In this document: piece after piece, positions 35,217 to 50,500 of the stretch
Layout: each line of letters begins with the position of its first letter
Numbering within the stretch: position 1 is the stretch's first letter
From: Oopsacas minuta
Taxonomy: Eukaryota; Animalia; Porifera
Reading direction: 5' to 3'
DNA: 64,000 nt
Assembly: GCA_024704765.1 (NCBI GenBank)
Contig: JAKMXF010000255.1
Span: 554,806-618,805, forward strand
The notes under the pieces: generated by a model
What the model saw: the letters and a program-made list of their open reading frames with translations, nothing else
Told to the model about the DNA's origin: nothing
Databases searched by the model: none
Position numbers and translations under genes: made by a program

Positions 35217-38200
35217 TGAATTTAGCCTTAGTTAGCCTTCTAAGAATCTGTATTATTATTATTTACTTTTTACATAGTATATTTTACTATTCGATTCTTG
35301 ACTGTCTGTTCTACCGATTTTGAAATCTGAATCAGTATTTTGAATTCATATTTCGCATATATCATGTGTAAAATAAATTATCCTTGCAGTAATCAAGAAA
35401 ACAAATGAATGCCTTAAAGCTTATTATTAAACTTTTGAAAATTCTCGGAAATTCGTTGTTTACTTGTTTTATACATATCAGCAAATATACTGATAGAGAC
35501 ATAGAGTAATGCTGGGATTATAGGCATTCTGGGCGGACAATCCGAGCATGCTAATGTGTAACCAATGACAGACGTTAAGCAGGATGAATATATATATAAA
35601 TAATACGTCGATTTGTTATTTCTAAATATAGATGTAAGTACTCGAGGTGTATTGCATCATTATAATCTAACGAAATCAAGTAATCAATATTTCTTACATT
35701 CACATTCCGTTTATAAACTTGTGATCAGTGAATTCTATTGAACTATTCCACTCGCTCGTTCTCATTCACCAATTGCTAAAAATCTCTAATAGTGTGGGAA
35801 CACGGTTGATAAGATATTTTACTTGTACTTCGAGAACATCACTGTCATAATTCCTAAGAGACAATGCAGAGAAAATTCATCTAAATTACAGAATAACAAA
35901 AAATTCAGTAGAATATCGTTATATACCAATGGTACTAGCTAAGAGTTTTCTAGTTTTCGGTAAAATTCGGGATCTCAAAAATTTATTGACATGGCGAGCA
36001 CTCAGATCTAGTATAGCAGCATCAAGGGACGCTATACAATATTTGGAACCTTTCCAATAGGATAGTATTAACCAGGCAGGTTATACGATACATGAATGAA
36101 TCTCTATAAATCAGATTACAGAATACTAATAAGGACCTCAAGTCCTGAGGCTAAGTGCTAATTTAATGCAATGTATTATATTACAAGGTTGTACTTTTCC
36201 TCTGGTTTAAGGTTCATTGAAAGTTCAATAATTTCCTATATGGCAAGGACTCTTGCTGATGATATTCATGGGTGTTGAATATTGTGAGTATGAGTGTCTA
36301 CTTTTAGGAATTTTGCATTACGTAAAGTCCACCAAGCACAATGCAGCTTCGTTGTATACAACTGTTGCATGGAAATATAATATTTCTATTTTCATGTAAA
36401 ATATTCGCACAGTGTATGTAAGGGAAGCTTGTTAGCAATGTATATTGCATTATGTATGCTAAGCTTAATATTTTAACGGTTCTTATATAAAGGCTGTGAT
36501 TATATATTAATTTTTCTGATAAAAATCTAGAATCTCCAAAATGGCTGTATATTTCCATGCAATATTTTAATTTATGAATGTATGTCTATACCAATTAGCT
36601 ACAGAAAAACGAGATTATGTATGCATAGTTGTACAGTGTTTTATTTAAGTTAATAATTAGAATGTGTAACTACCAGTAAATTGTCAACGATGTTTCTATT
36701 GATCTTTGTGGACCTAAATGTACGAAATTCTACACTAAAATAGTAGGGAGTGAGTTTAATACATCAAAGAACAATCGTATGACTGTCACATAATAAAATA
36801 GCTAATTTAGTTGATATAGTATATTTAGTATATGTATAGTATCCTACCAAACGCGTTTCGCGTGGGAACTAACTTATACAACTGACAAATTGATATATAT
36901 GTGGCCATATATAATATTCCATCTCCAACTACAAAATATTTGAAAATCTCTCCAGCCATGGTAGGGCTAGCTAGTGATTAACAACACTTAGTTATATTTG
37001 CGGGGGTTGATGATAGGAAAATGTTATTACATACTATAATTGAGATATGGTATGAACACAGGAATTGATCCAGTCAGGTCATGGTCTCCATCAGAATGGT
37101 ATTTTGTATGTAAGCAACTCGGTTGCCTTGAATTTATTACAAATTAACCTTGCTGCCCCCGTGCTGTCCAGATCATGTGACTGCACTGCTTGGATAAGTT
37201 AAATCGAATACATGCTAACCAGTACAAATTATGTATTTCACATCAATCAGAGAATGTATAACAATTAACAAGTAGCCTTTCCTATTATATTAACAATTAA
37301 TACATGTTTGTATACATTACATTATGATAGATTATCTGGAAATAGAGTAATGTTGTCAAGTTTTAATGTTATCTTGCTGCTAAAAGATATCATAAAGAAT
37401 CAATCAAGATTCGTTTTCAGATGATTAACTGAACAATTCTTAAACCTTACAAAGAGTGTAGTGGTGAGTGCGTAGTATACGGAATGATTGAAGATTTTAT
37501 CACGAAAATTAATACATAGGTTTCATCAAAGTTTGAACTTAACTAGCTTAAACTCCTTCAAATTTGGCGCAGTTTCTTGAGAGATAGCTATTATCAGTTC
37601 TACCAAATTCACTCTACAATTATATGGAGAAATAAATGTATTAATTAGTGTATCACTAATTAGAGAAAACTGATAAAATTATGCTGAGAAGAAACCCGAT
37701 CTATTGTGTTTTAATGGAGGGTTAGTTTATTTTAAGTTGTTAAAATAAATCATTTCAATAGGGAATCCTGCAACTTCCTCCAGGATATCAGATCTTAGCT
37801 TTATTATATTATTCACATTGTCACATGACCATGGTTGATTCTGAATAGCATAGCTCTGCTATGTACAAAGCTACAATACAAACTCTCTATAAGATATAAA
37901 TTGAATTGAGATTGAGCTAAACTAAATTGTACTAATCTTGTTTGTATAGTTTAAGAAATACATATCTTATTGGTCGCAACTTATCCCGTAATTTTAAGAT
38001 ACAGACATAAGTAAAGATTCTATTTGGTTTATTGTCAGACAGAATCATGCAGTTGAACCTTGTCACTAGGAAATTACCGGCTACACATCCTTACCTTTTG
38101 AGTAGCAGTCTTTCTTCTTCTGGTAGTGAGAGAGAAATGAATTATGTTATGAAAGGTGGTTCAAGGTTAGTTTATATTTGATTTATTCTTCTTTGATTGC

Positions 38201-41200
38201 TCATTTTAGTTCGCCTGCATCATTCCACGATAAAGCTTACGAACAAACATAATCAATTTATTAGTCTCCTTCAAAATTCCTAATCTACACACTAAACTGA
38301 TAACTGCTCTGATAATTATAATCTAATAATGACAATTTGTGACTCATAATTATAACTATTTTGGTCGAATTTGAATGTTAATTTGATTTGCAAGATTCCG
38401 AAATCTCAGTAAAAAAGATGTGAGATTGTAGTGAACTTCAGGATCAAAGTATACGCATAATTTGAATAATTACAATTTTCTGATGAATGTTTGCATTTTG
38501 TTAATAATGTATGTACACTAATATGTAATTATACGACTATAATTATCCCAAATTTATCCTTGATGATACTCTACTCTATGTTTAGTTGCCACATTTTTAT
38601 TTGTTATTTAGCTTCCTTTATGTCCGCTACGAGAATTATTGTTTTATTTTCCACAAATTTATAATAATTACTACTTGTGGTTGTAATATTTAGTATTTAT
38701 CATTGACCTTATCTTATTGTCTACATGTTTTCTAATTGTATGTGGTTACTGCATTATGACATGCATGTGCACTTTGTAACAATCTTGGTTACCTGAACGA
38801 CCGTAGGCTAGGAGTCATGTTTGAGTTGTGGAATTCTTAATAACCAACTATCTAGAATCTAGCATTGAGTAAACGTGAATTATCACATGCTATGTATATA
38901 CAGCTGTTGAATTGATTAGCTTCTATTAGTTGTCACAGATGGATTCACTATGTATAAGTAAGCTAAACTTATTTCGTATGTCTGATCATAGTTTATCTCA
39001 ATAAGAGCTCAGCTCCCCTTACCGGCCTTTGAACAATCTTCGATGCGGCCCTTGTATTTCAATTTATCAATAAATAATCAAACGCTAATAGGTGTGAATA
39101 ACACTAAATCTAAAAATATATATATTTATCTCAAAATAATAAAACTACCTCGCTTCGTTTGCTTACCACTTCCTTCCTTGGATTTTGCTTAAGTATACAT
39201 TGGTTAACATTCTTTGAGCTTTTCGTCGCTTCGCAATGGGGTATACTCAACACTTCGTCACTGTGCGAGTGTAAAATGTCCAACCGTCAGGACATTTGGC
39301 ATATTGAGGAGTACCTATATGAAGGGCTAGTAATAGACCCAATAAAGTCAGCATTGATGTTTCCACTAGCTTATCTCCTTAAACCCCCAAAATGCACACC
39401 CCTTCACTTCCCAGATGTAAATCACACAAGACGTTCCAATTTCTCTAATTCTATCGCAGGGCTTCCCAACCTTAGGCCACAATATTGTACAACATTAGAA
39501 TTGTATATTTTATGGGAAACTTTCTATCCGAAACTAACCTAGCTGGTTAATTATTTAAATGTTAAGTAGACTGCCTATAAGTGTAATGATCAGTGTGCAT
39601 GGAAATATACACATTATTCACATCATATAATCCTGTAATTATATAGTAGTGTCATACCATAATACTAAAATAGAAATGTTTCTCAACCAATATATGTCAT
39701 GCCCCTCATATATATCCACAGCTATAATGACAGCTTCATTATTGTTAGATTTGTATGGAACCTGATATTTAGGTAGAAATCACATGAACCTTACACTAAT
39801 CAAGTATTGCCATTACTATATTTGTTAAGTTTCAGGTTGATATCTACTTGTATGTACATATCACTAGAGAGTCTTATGCAGCATTGGTTATTCGAAAGTT
39901 TATTATCTGAGTATACATCCTGGTTTCAGTTCCTATTCAACTATGTATCTTAGCACCTAGATTATCCGAAGTTTCGAATTGCCACAACGAGTTCTGATAA
40001 TGAGGTTGCACTGTGCCTGCATAGTTGTCTGTCTGAACAACTATCAATGATTATTCAATGTAATACAGATTATTGTCTTTATTCTATGCTATCATCAGTA
40101 GTTATTCTGTAATGTATTTGATCTCTGAGGTATATTATATTAAATTGCATCATGTATCGTTTACTCTGCTAATTTGCTGAAAATGTAAAATGATCAAATA
40201 TCAGTAATCTACCTTCACACACGTGATATCTTTATACTGCTATACATAACTGTGATTAATATAGCACTATGAATTTCAATACGTATTAAATACGTTGGTA
40301 CATACATCTTATCATATCTGTATACTCACTTTACGATTTATTCCTCAGCACGCACTTTCACTGATTACTCTTCTCACTGTGTTTGACATTTATGTAAATA
40401 AACAATCCCATCAGCAAGGTCTACTGTCAATTCATCACTCTCCATGATGATAATCATATAGTGGCATTCCTTCATTGGGTCGTGTTAGTAAACCCAAACT
40501 AGATTGTTGACAATAAATAATATCACAATGGAATCTGTTAATGACGGCCATTAAAAAAACTGGCCGAATTGATCGTTATGTACATGTAGTCATTATACAG
40601 AGGCTGGGTATTATGGAAATCATACAGGGGAGCATAGTGTATCTAGGTAACCGCTAAATAGGTGGCAGATATAGCCTATTCCACAGTACAGTCAAATCGG
40701 ATTATTCTGCCCACAGGGTATTTTTGCATCATTGGCCTTTGCAATTTATTTGTTTCTCCATAATACGATTTGAATACAAAACTTATTGGGTTTTTGCTAC
40801 TGGGTTATTTTGTCTCTCTGATTCTTGCCCTCTTTCATGTGTCAAGTGATCAAAAATTCTCGATTTCGATTGCAATTTCGTTGGTCAAGTGAATATATCC
40901 GTATTGTAAATGATTTAGTTATTATGCACAACTTATTGATTATGGTTGTCTCTGTATATTAATTCGATTAACTTAAAGACTAAGAATTCACCCTAGAAGC
41001 ATATAATGGTTTAGTAGTTGAAACGGGTTATTTTGCTTATCAACTTTCTTTTTTCGTGCTTTTTGAGGTGAAAAGAATCACGATTTCGACTGTATCATCC
41101 GTACATTGAAATGCGTATAATTTCTACGTACATCATATTAGAAATGAGGGATCATGAAAATTCTTACTCCTTATCCAGAGTTGCGTGTTTTTATTATGGA

Positions 41201-41503
41201 GTGCTAACCCAGTCTAATTAGTGATTCCCAATCTACATTCTATAACAAGTACTAGAAAATGCTTAGAATACTGTCCCCATAATGTCTTACTATTCGCACA
41301 AGCATGACCTTGATATCTTGAATTTCAATATACTTTATTTCATTATCGTTGACTCCACTATTATCAGTTTTACAGAGATATAAAACAGATAACCTACTCT
41401 TCCTACTGGGAAATGGTGGATAGTGTAACTAGAGTCGTTGACTCATACAATTTCCATAAATTAATAATTGTTTTTCCTTATTCGTAGCCGTCTATAGAAG
41501 CTA

Positions 41504-41646
41504 CATTAGAACTCGGATAAGACACACTCTTTCTTATATCCCCCAAAATTTGTTATCATTCAGTGTAATGCAATATTTTTCCTATTCAGATAAGACGTAA
41601 TAATTTTTGTTGCCCCGAGGGTGTACCTCTTATCCGAGTTCTACTG
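41504..41646. mobile_element. Tc1/pogo-type MITE with TA target duplication
   Basis: ta|cattagaactcggataag ... cttatccgagttctactg|ta; related half copy at ~60743-60810. Confidence 0.8.
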
Positions 41647-41844
41647 TAGTACTAAATATGTAGCCCGAAAGTCTTTTTCTGACAACTGGAGAATTGTTTC
41701 AACTCCGTTTTTTAAACCCTGCATTAGACTGTACGCAAATATGATAATTCTACAATATTTGATTCTCCCTTGATTGTAATGGATCTGTTATTTTTGTTCA
41801 GAAGTATGTAACTTATCAATGTATATTAGTGCAGTTCCTATAGA

Positions 41845-42330
41845 GAGATGCCCTAATGGCATGTACTATATGTGACGTCCATACGTCCGTCCGTCCGTCC
41901 CCGCGACCGTACGAATTCTAGCTGTCCAATTAACATGAAAATTGGGATACTTATATTTTTTGGGTCGGAGATTTGTACCTTGGGTATTAATTATTTTAAA
42001 GTGAATATTTCACACCTTTTTTGGTGATTACTCATATGTAAAATACAAAAGCAAACTAGAGATTTGGTTTCAACTTGTTGTCAGGGGTAATTGGGTGCGT
42101 AGAGTCCGATTTTGAGATTTTGAGAGTCTGAAAGTTACAAATTCACAGATTTATCATATGAATAATCATATTTTCACACCTTTAGCATATTATTGAAATC
42201 ATGCTAGACATTCCTTTTTAACTGTAGTAAGGGGTAATCGAGATTCAAATTATGACATTTTCAATTCTATATTTACATGATTTATCATATGATTAATCAT
42301 ATTTCACACCTTTTTCATAAATATTGAAAT
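41845..42330 (+). repeat. Helentron/DINE-1-like element: (GTCC)n head followed by family C subrepeats
   Basis: gtccgtccgtccgtcc at ~41886, then tgaaaattggg, then subunits homologous to 27760-28205. Confidence 0.6.
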
Positions 42331-43384
42331 ACAGAATTCATGAATTGTTTAATTCGAATTCAGCTTATGCTATATTCAGTTGAAATCTGGACAAAGACTG
42401 ATAAGTCCGGTTATACTATAGAGTTATTATTTAATCTAGTGCTGCTTGTCCAGGTTCTTAGATGTAATAAAAGTAATATCAAGTTTGATACAAATTTCTA
42501 TCCTATATCACAATTAAATATATTTTAATCTTAGAATAATACTGTGTTCATGACGGCTAATGTAAAGATTTGAAATATGCTATTTAGCTGTACTGAATTT
42601 ATTCAAACCCGAATATATATTCTAATACAGTCGTGAATTAACTCATATCCTCGTATACTGTGAAGTGGAATATGTATTTAATTGTAAATTCAGTAGTGTT
42701 AATATATTTAATTTCATTTAGTCAAAATATATTAGATTTGAATTCTTCTGAATATTCTAAGAACAAAAACTATCAAATTCTAAGTAGAAAAATTAAATTT
42801 ATTAACAAACAATTTTGTCCATAAACCTGGGCAAATACAGCAATCTATTGTACTGGTATATATGTATCCATAATCTTGTTTAACCGATTACGGTCGAAGT
42901 TTTACTTTCGTAATGAAATGGAACACTACAATTTTACCACTCTCTTTTAACCAATTCCCGCCAAAAACGAGATTTTAGCACCTTTTGACGTCATAAAATC
43001 ACACATTTTCCCGGAAGTATTCGGTTAATCCTTGAATGATAGATTAATAGACGAATTGCCGTATTTCGCCGAACTATATTATTTTTCGATAAATACCCCT
43101 GGGCTAATTCAGAGCAATGCCGTAAGTGTTTTACAATTGTATTATATATGTTAATACTTCTAATACTTTTGCGTAATTAATATAATTCAAACGATAATAG
43201 TACCTCTGCTCTCTTATTAGCTGAGTATTGCTCTGAGAGCCTGCGTTAGTTAAATATTTGTTGCCCAATGCTAGTTCAACCTTTCGACAGGATTATATAA
43301 TTAATACATTATTTCTTATATATTTCGGATGAGATAATATTACACACAGGTTATATATTAGTAATCTATATTATTAAATTGCTA

Positions 43385-43870
43385 CTTTTGTCTGTCTGTT
43401 GTCAAGGAAAGGATTTATTGAATGTTTTATTGAATTCGAATTTCTCAATTCTGATATGTCGCATAATAATGTATTTATCGTGTTTATCAAGAAAGTTAAC
43501 AGAATTCAATAAAACCTGACTAAATATATCGAATATACTGAATCCTATTTTCACACTTTTGAATTCATTGTTTTTATGAATATAAAGTAAACAAATATTC
43601 TAAATCTTAAAATATAGGTAGAGACTTGTTCTTAACGGCCACAATGGGGTAACAAAATATGGTGAATCCGAATTTCGTATTTGTATGTTTCCCCTATGTA
43701 AATTTATTGTTGTTTTTATGAATATAAGGTAAACAATAGTTAATATATTAATTTATTAATTAATTTTCAATTGTATACTTTGCTAAGTTTAAGGCACGAA
43801 GTGCCGAGTCTCATGCGAACACAAAGTGTTCGCAAGCCGCGCAGTGCGAGCAAGCGAAGTGGCTCTCGTA
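43385..43870 (+). repeat. Dispersed repeat family A copy with GC-rich terminal stem-loop
   Basis: gtctgtctgttgtcaaggaaaggattt...gaattcaataaaac matches 13090-13200; ends with tgcgaacacaaagtgttcgca hairpin. Confidence 0.75.
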
Positions 43871-46800
43871 ATTATATAATATTTAAATTACGGGGCCCTA
43901 AAATCTACCTTTGTGTACGAGTTTGATATATTCCTGAGTACATAACATTATTTAGACACTCGTGCTTATGTTCGCTTACTCTCGTTAGAATGATAGCTTT
44001 TTGGCGTATTACCAAGCAAGGTTTTGCATAGTAGAAGTATATTTGAATATATTTAATCTACTATTATTATCAGTTATTCGTAATCAATTTAATTAATAGA
44101 ATTGCATATTGCCGAATAGAATAATGTGTTATCAATACGTTCCAGAGAATATTACGTAATATATCAGTAATAATATATAACTGATAAGCTTAGCTTAGCT
44201 CGTATATCCACCTGCATCACCTGTTTGTGCACCTGAATAGAAATTGTATAGTTTGTACATCCCCTATCTATTCTATGTCATAGATTGTATTGTAATATTT
44301 AGATAAGTTCTAATTTTAACTGCTAACCATTTTGGGATTTTTATACAACCACTTCGCTAAATTGTAATGCAAATTTTTTTTTAATATGCGAACAATTCTA
44401 ACATACAAGATTAAGTGAATATCATAATAGTAAAAGTAGTATAATGGCATAATGACATCTTAGTCTTAAGAGGTCTGAGATATTTCAGAGCATTAACTCT
44501 TCTTATCACAAATCATATTATTACACATTTTCCATCGATTTAAATGATACCGTTATATCTATCAGCCGATCCGCATTTTTGTTGGAATTATCCCAAACTT
44601 CTTGGTTATTTTCCACGCATTATTTAAGTTTCCCTCTAAGGTTAAACATGTGTACTTGTCTGATATATTAGTATTTTCTGATTCGTATTTACTCCAACAT
44701 TAATTACATAAATGTACCATAATTGGATACACAGCTAAAACAATGAATTTATTTCTAAAACATTTAATATAATTAGACATAACTTAACTTCTAAATTCCT
44801 AATTATCCTTCTTTCGGATCTGTTTTCTATAATAATACGGCATTACTTCGGTTTTAAATACAACCATGTTCGTTTCTTTGAATACTTTGTTATTTGTATA
44901 CAATAGAAGTATCAAGTGCTATTGAATGCAAAGTAACTACTCGTCTAAATCCATGATATGTGTGACTTATATTAATTCAAAGAACGCATGGCCATTGAGG
45001 CATCATGAAGTTAAATAAAGCGTAATTAGTACACGTGGTGTGGCTTTGAAATCTTTGGGCCTAACTTCAAACCGCCATTTTTAGCAGATTTGTATTTCTA
45101 GTGCGGTTAAAAGGGCAAAGCTAGAAATTGTTATATTTAGTATCTGGGTTCACTCAATATTCTGTGGGGTTAAGTTTCAGGGTTCATTTCACCCGTCCCC
45201 ATGATTCACTAATTTCCCTATTGATTACAACATGCAACACTAAATAAGACAATACATACCTACATATTATTTAAGTAATGTAGTGGAAGATTTCTCAAAA
45301 GATATTCAATCTTAAGTTACTATTCTCAAAATGGAACTTTGTAACTCTCTTTAATACAAGTAATTCAATTCTATTTAAATGACGAAATATCGTCAATGAA
45401 TCCATTTAATGAAGAAATTTGATCTTATGAGGTGTTTCTAATATCAATTATATGCAAAACTCATTAACTTCTATTATTAATTGAATTATAATTGCATTTA
45501 CTTGTATAAATTAATTACGGATAATATCTTAATTAATAAAATATTAGAACCATAAACTATCTTTACGTATGTAATACTTACGCTATGATGTAGTATATAC
45601 TTTATTAATTAAGATTAGAATATTTGTTTCAGTGCGACTTTATTAATGTTCTGCAATTGGTCTTGAAAATTTCCTTATTTTCAATTTGTCCTCAATCTTT
45701 GTAGTTGTTATGGCATACATGATAATTGCTTCTAATTTATCTCGATAATTTCTTATTTTTTGCCCACTTTACATTTTAATCCATCCGATGTTATTAATAC
45801 TACATTATAATAGTTGGACAAAATAGGTTTTGCAGATTACTTCCATAACTGATAACTCACGATAATACTTTTGCTGCATATTAAGTGGTAATATTTTAAC
45901 TTGATTTTACTTATCATGACCTTAATTAGAATTTGTATGAAACAGATCATTCATCTACTGAGAACTATATTCATTTCCATAGATCTCTCATCCTTTTCAC
46001 ATTAATCCTTATTACATTACTTATATACACGTTTCCAAACCTTTAACCTTTAACCTTTATTACCAAATTCAAGTTATAAATGTCAGGCTATTAAATTTCT
46101 GATTCTATACATTAGGCTAGCAGTTATTACCATAAATACTAAGGAAACTTAGATTCAGCATTTAAATTCTAATACTGTTTTACTACTGAAAAATTTCAAT
46201 TCGAACTTGAATTATGGATAAGTTTCGCTGGTTTCACAGAGACTGGGCTGAGAGGTAAGATTATCAGCGTGTACTTATGTAATTGTATATATCATACATA
46301 TTCTCTTACTATTTGTATTCATCAGTAAACAACTGGTAGAACACTTAAGCGAATTTTACCTTATCTGTTTACAGATTTATGATTAGTAAACTTATGTAAT
46401 TAGCATGACATTCCCGTTACTCATTAATTAGGCAGAAAACAATATGTATGTGTTTTCTTTGTAGGACTATAAATACTGAAAAATTTCAAACAAGTAAAAT
46501 TAATTTCTGAGGACAAATCTCTGAGAAGTTTTGTATCTCAGAAAGAATTCCTATTAACGATATTAGGCATATTGTCTATTTAGAGATAGGTAGTGGAGAT
46601 TCTAATCAAGTGTGCGGGAATTTTACTAAATATGGCATTCTTTACCAGATCTATTTATAACTCTGCTACTTGTCGATAATATACATACGAATACTTAATT
46701 CTCATCTAAATCTAAGTTAATTTATTCATAGAGATCGAATACCTCGAGACATTCTCTAAGCCCTTATCTTTTCATATAAATACACCAATGAATTGATATA

Positions 46801-47532
46801 CATTCTATATTGAAGTTCTAAAATTATCCAGAAACGCTTACCAAAATTGTTTTTCCCTCTGAGAACTCAGCACGATACTCGTGTATAACGCGCTGAAAAT
46901 GAAGGTAGATGGATGTGGTTTGTTCTAAATTTAATACAAATATACTTTGGTATACAAACTTTTACTAGAAAAGTTGATAATTCCTATATTCCTGTTTTAG
47001 CGTTTTTTTCTGATTTTCCTATCTTACATTCTCTCTGTTTCCTTATCGCTCTGTAATTATTTAATCGAAACGTTAATTACATATTAGAGATTAACATTAT
47101 ATTAAAGATCTAATGATCTAATTTCGAAATCACATGGTTCTCACAATCGCATATGGTGAATAATTGAATTCTAAACGCTAATTATCGTACCTAACATTCT
47201 ATTCTGGATCTCTATAGAATTGCTCCTTCATTTTAAAACCTCATAGAATCCATTTTATTCAGCTAACTCGATAATATACTCTATAGGCATTTGTTCCATA
47301 ATGGCTTGATATATATTATAAATTGGAATCATATGCATAATTTTATATAAATCTCACTAAATATGTTGCAGGATCTCAATAATGTTTGGTGGCTTTCCGT
47401 TACGATTTTATGGTTTTCTGAAGTCTGTATACACTTTGTATATGGTTAGGACTTGAAATTGAATCTGTAATATTAATTCGATTCTTTAACAGTTTATTTA
47501 AAGGCTATTTCTGTATTGAATACTTGCTTAGC

Positions 47533-50500
47533 ATGGAATTTTACGTTGACAGGTCACCAGAAGATGTTTTACGTGTTACAAAGGAAGGTTTAGTTAAACA
47601 ACGCATACAACAATTCAATAGAACACCCAGTATAGAGTCACTCTCTCAGATTTCTGAGGAAAATTGTAAAATGAGAAGACGGACAATGGGAGAAGTAGAG
47701 ATGAGACATAAATTACAATCACTCTCTATTCCTCAGAGATCTTCTACAATCACACGACCTCACAGTTCTTACATTTCAAACACAAGAGTATCAAAAATAG
47801 GTAAGTTTATTTGTTGTTTATACGCAATTTTTGTCGAGAGGAGAGAAATAATCATTATGGATGGCGGACACTTCGTCGCAGAATTTAATAGAATTAATTA
47901 GAGACTGTAACGCTTTACATAATTACGGGACCAGTCATGGTCAACAATAATTGGTCTGATCAATTATGGCTGATATCTATTACGTATACAGTAAGCAATA
48001 TTCATAATAAATTCTATCAAAATCACATTCAGCAAGTTTTAAAGACCCAATCAAACAACCAGATACATATAGATTAAAATCTGTCTCAGGTACAACCTAG
48101 CGACGAATTTCCGTTAACAATTCATTCTATCCGGATCTCCTTGTTCACTGAGATAATTATTAGAGCAAGATAGTTTCTTAGATGTGTAATTCATCTCAGA
48201 CGTACACAGTAGTCATGAGTAAGATTAATACATTAGCGTTCCTGTTTTATAGATGCAATTGATATTCCTACGCAAATATAATAATAATTGCGTACCATTA
48301 TTATATAATCAAATGCTCTACTAATCGCATGTAATAATGCTCAGAATTGCGTTAGACTCCTACTCACGAATTATCTACACATTATGTATGCCGCAATACT
48401 ACTAATTTACATTAATACGTATATCTATTTCCTTAAATATCCTCCATCATTTTCAATCCTAAAACACTTCATAATCTAATCCTGATACACAATATATTGG
48501 ATCAAAGATCTAAATAATTCCTCAATAAATTCTAAAAATAGATTACAGCTGTTACGCTTGTGGTATAATATGAAAATTAATATCCTCCAAGAATTGAAAG
48601 AATTTCTAACAGGATGATTGATTACCTAGATTATCAATTTCGTGCATTTACCACTTCAGTGTTATAACTGATAGTAAATAGTACCTGGTTGGTTCTACTT
48701 GTAACTGGCCTCTTAACTGAATACCCAATTTAAAACATTATAATATAGAAGATGTTGTGCAATTCATTAACTAGTTTTATGGCATAGTATAATAATTATA
48801 CCAATTACACTCTGCTTGCGTAACATAATACATACATGCATCATTGCATATTGAGAAATTCTCTAAAATCAGGAATTGGGTTATACATTGATTTTATCTA
48901 TTTTAGGATTCTTTAAACTGATATAATATAATGTCTATTGAATGTGACAACATTTAGCAGAACTCTAATCATAGCCACGTACTCACCTTTAAACTGTGGT
49001 TATGCTGTATGTTCATGTTTATTTGAATTCATCATTATATCAGCATTCAATGATTTCTAATGCTGTACTTAGTAATTATATAATTCCCATACATTCACCT
49101 ATAGACAAGTTAATTATTGAATGATTCTATTCCAAGCAGTGATAGGTTCTAGAGCTTTACATTAACATTGCATTATACGATCTCTAATTCTTCTCTTATT
49201 TAGGCTCTTATTATTGACTATAAATGTCATAATACACAAATATGATTCCTGTTAATTTTACAATAGTATAGCATAACATCCTCAACACGACTTTTAACAC
49301 CTAATTCCAGATAAGGAGTACATATTTGCACACTTCAGTCCACTACAATTTATAATTTGATGAATTGTATTTCGGATAATACCTCCCTGACAAACGTATT
49401 GACTATGTTCAAAGAGATATGTTTTAAAATTGTCAAATCATAACAGCCAATTGGATAGGATTATTCAAACTGATTATAGAGACTTCTGTTATATTGCATT
49501 ATCCGCTATTATCTAAACTACTTATTACATACCTTTGTTAAGATTTATCAAAATGAACAGAGCATGTAGTATATTCATGAATTATCCTACTGGTCTAGGT
49601 AAGATCTGATTTTTGTCTTTACAGGATATGTAATGCAATATACAGTTTTCCATACATTCACCCATCGCCTACTAAAATACGGCTATACATGCTGCTGAAT
49701 AATAGTAAAAAGTCCAGTTTTATACGTTTCATAAAAGAAAATAATTAAGCCTCCAATGTTTGCGAATTGAAACTTTTCAATGTAAAAATATCCGAGGGAT
49801 CAATTTATACTCTTAAAAAGTTAAAACGGCCATCCTTCATCTAGTTTAGCCGCAATCATACGATGACGTTATTATTTATACAATTCGAGTATTTTCTCAA
49901 CTGTTTTTGTGGAAAAAAGGCACATTCTGTCCTAATTGATGCTTGGATGTTTGAATTTATTCATTTACTTTACAATTAAGATTTCGAACGATAGCTTATT
50001 GGAAGAAATATTACACAAATTATACCTTTAAAACATGAATAATATATATTTATGAAAAATAGAAATTATTCCAAAGAAATACGAAAATTATAGAAATTTT
50101 GTATGATTTTTCGATGAGTGGATTTTTAAACTATGACATCATATTTTGAATTGAGCCTAAGCTAGATGAAGGATGGCTGTCTTAACTTTTTTTTAGTCTA
50201 CTTTGATTCTTTGTATTTTTTACCCTAAAAAGGTTCAATTCGCAAACATTGAAGGATTATTTTTCCTTTAATGAGATTTACAAAACTGGACTCTTATTTT
50301 TACTATGATTCGGCAGCATGTATGGCCGTATTTAGTAGGCTATGATACATACACCATATCCCACACAAGTCTAGAGGATATGATTATTACTTCGTAGTAA
50401 CCCATTGAAAGTAACGCGGCTTAGCAGCCTCCTTGACATAGGAAAACATTGTTTTCTGTGGCGGCCAAGGCTCCAGCTGCCAGCTTCCGACGCGACTGGA

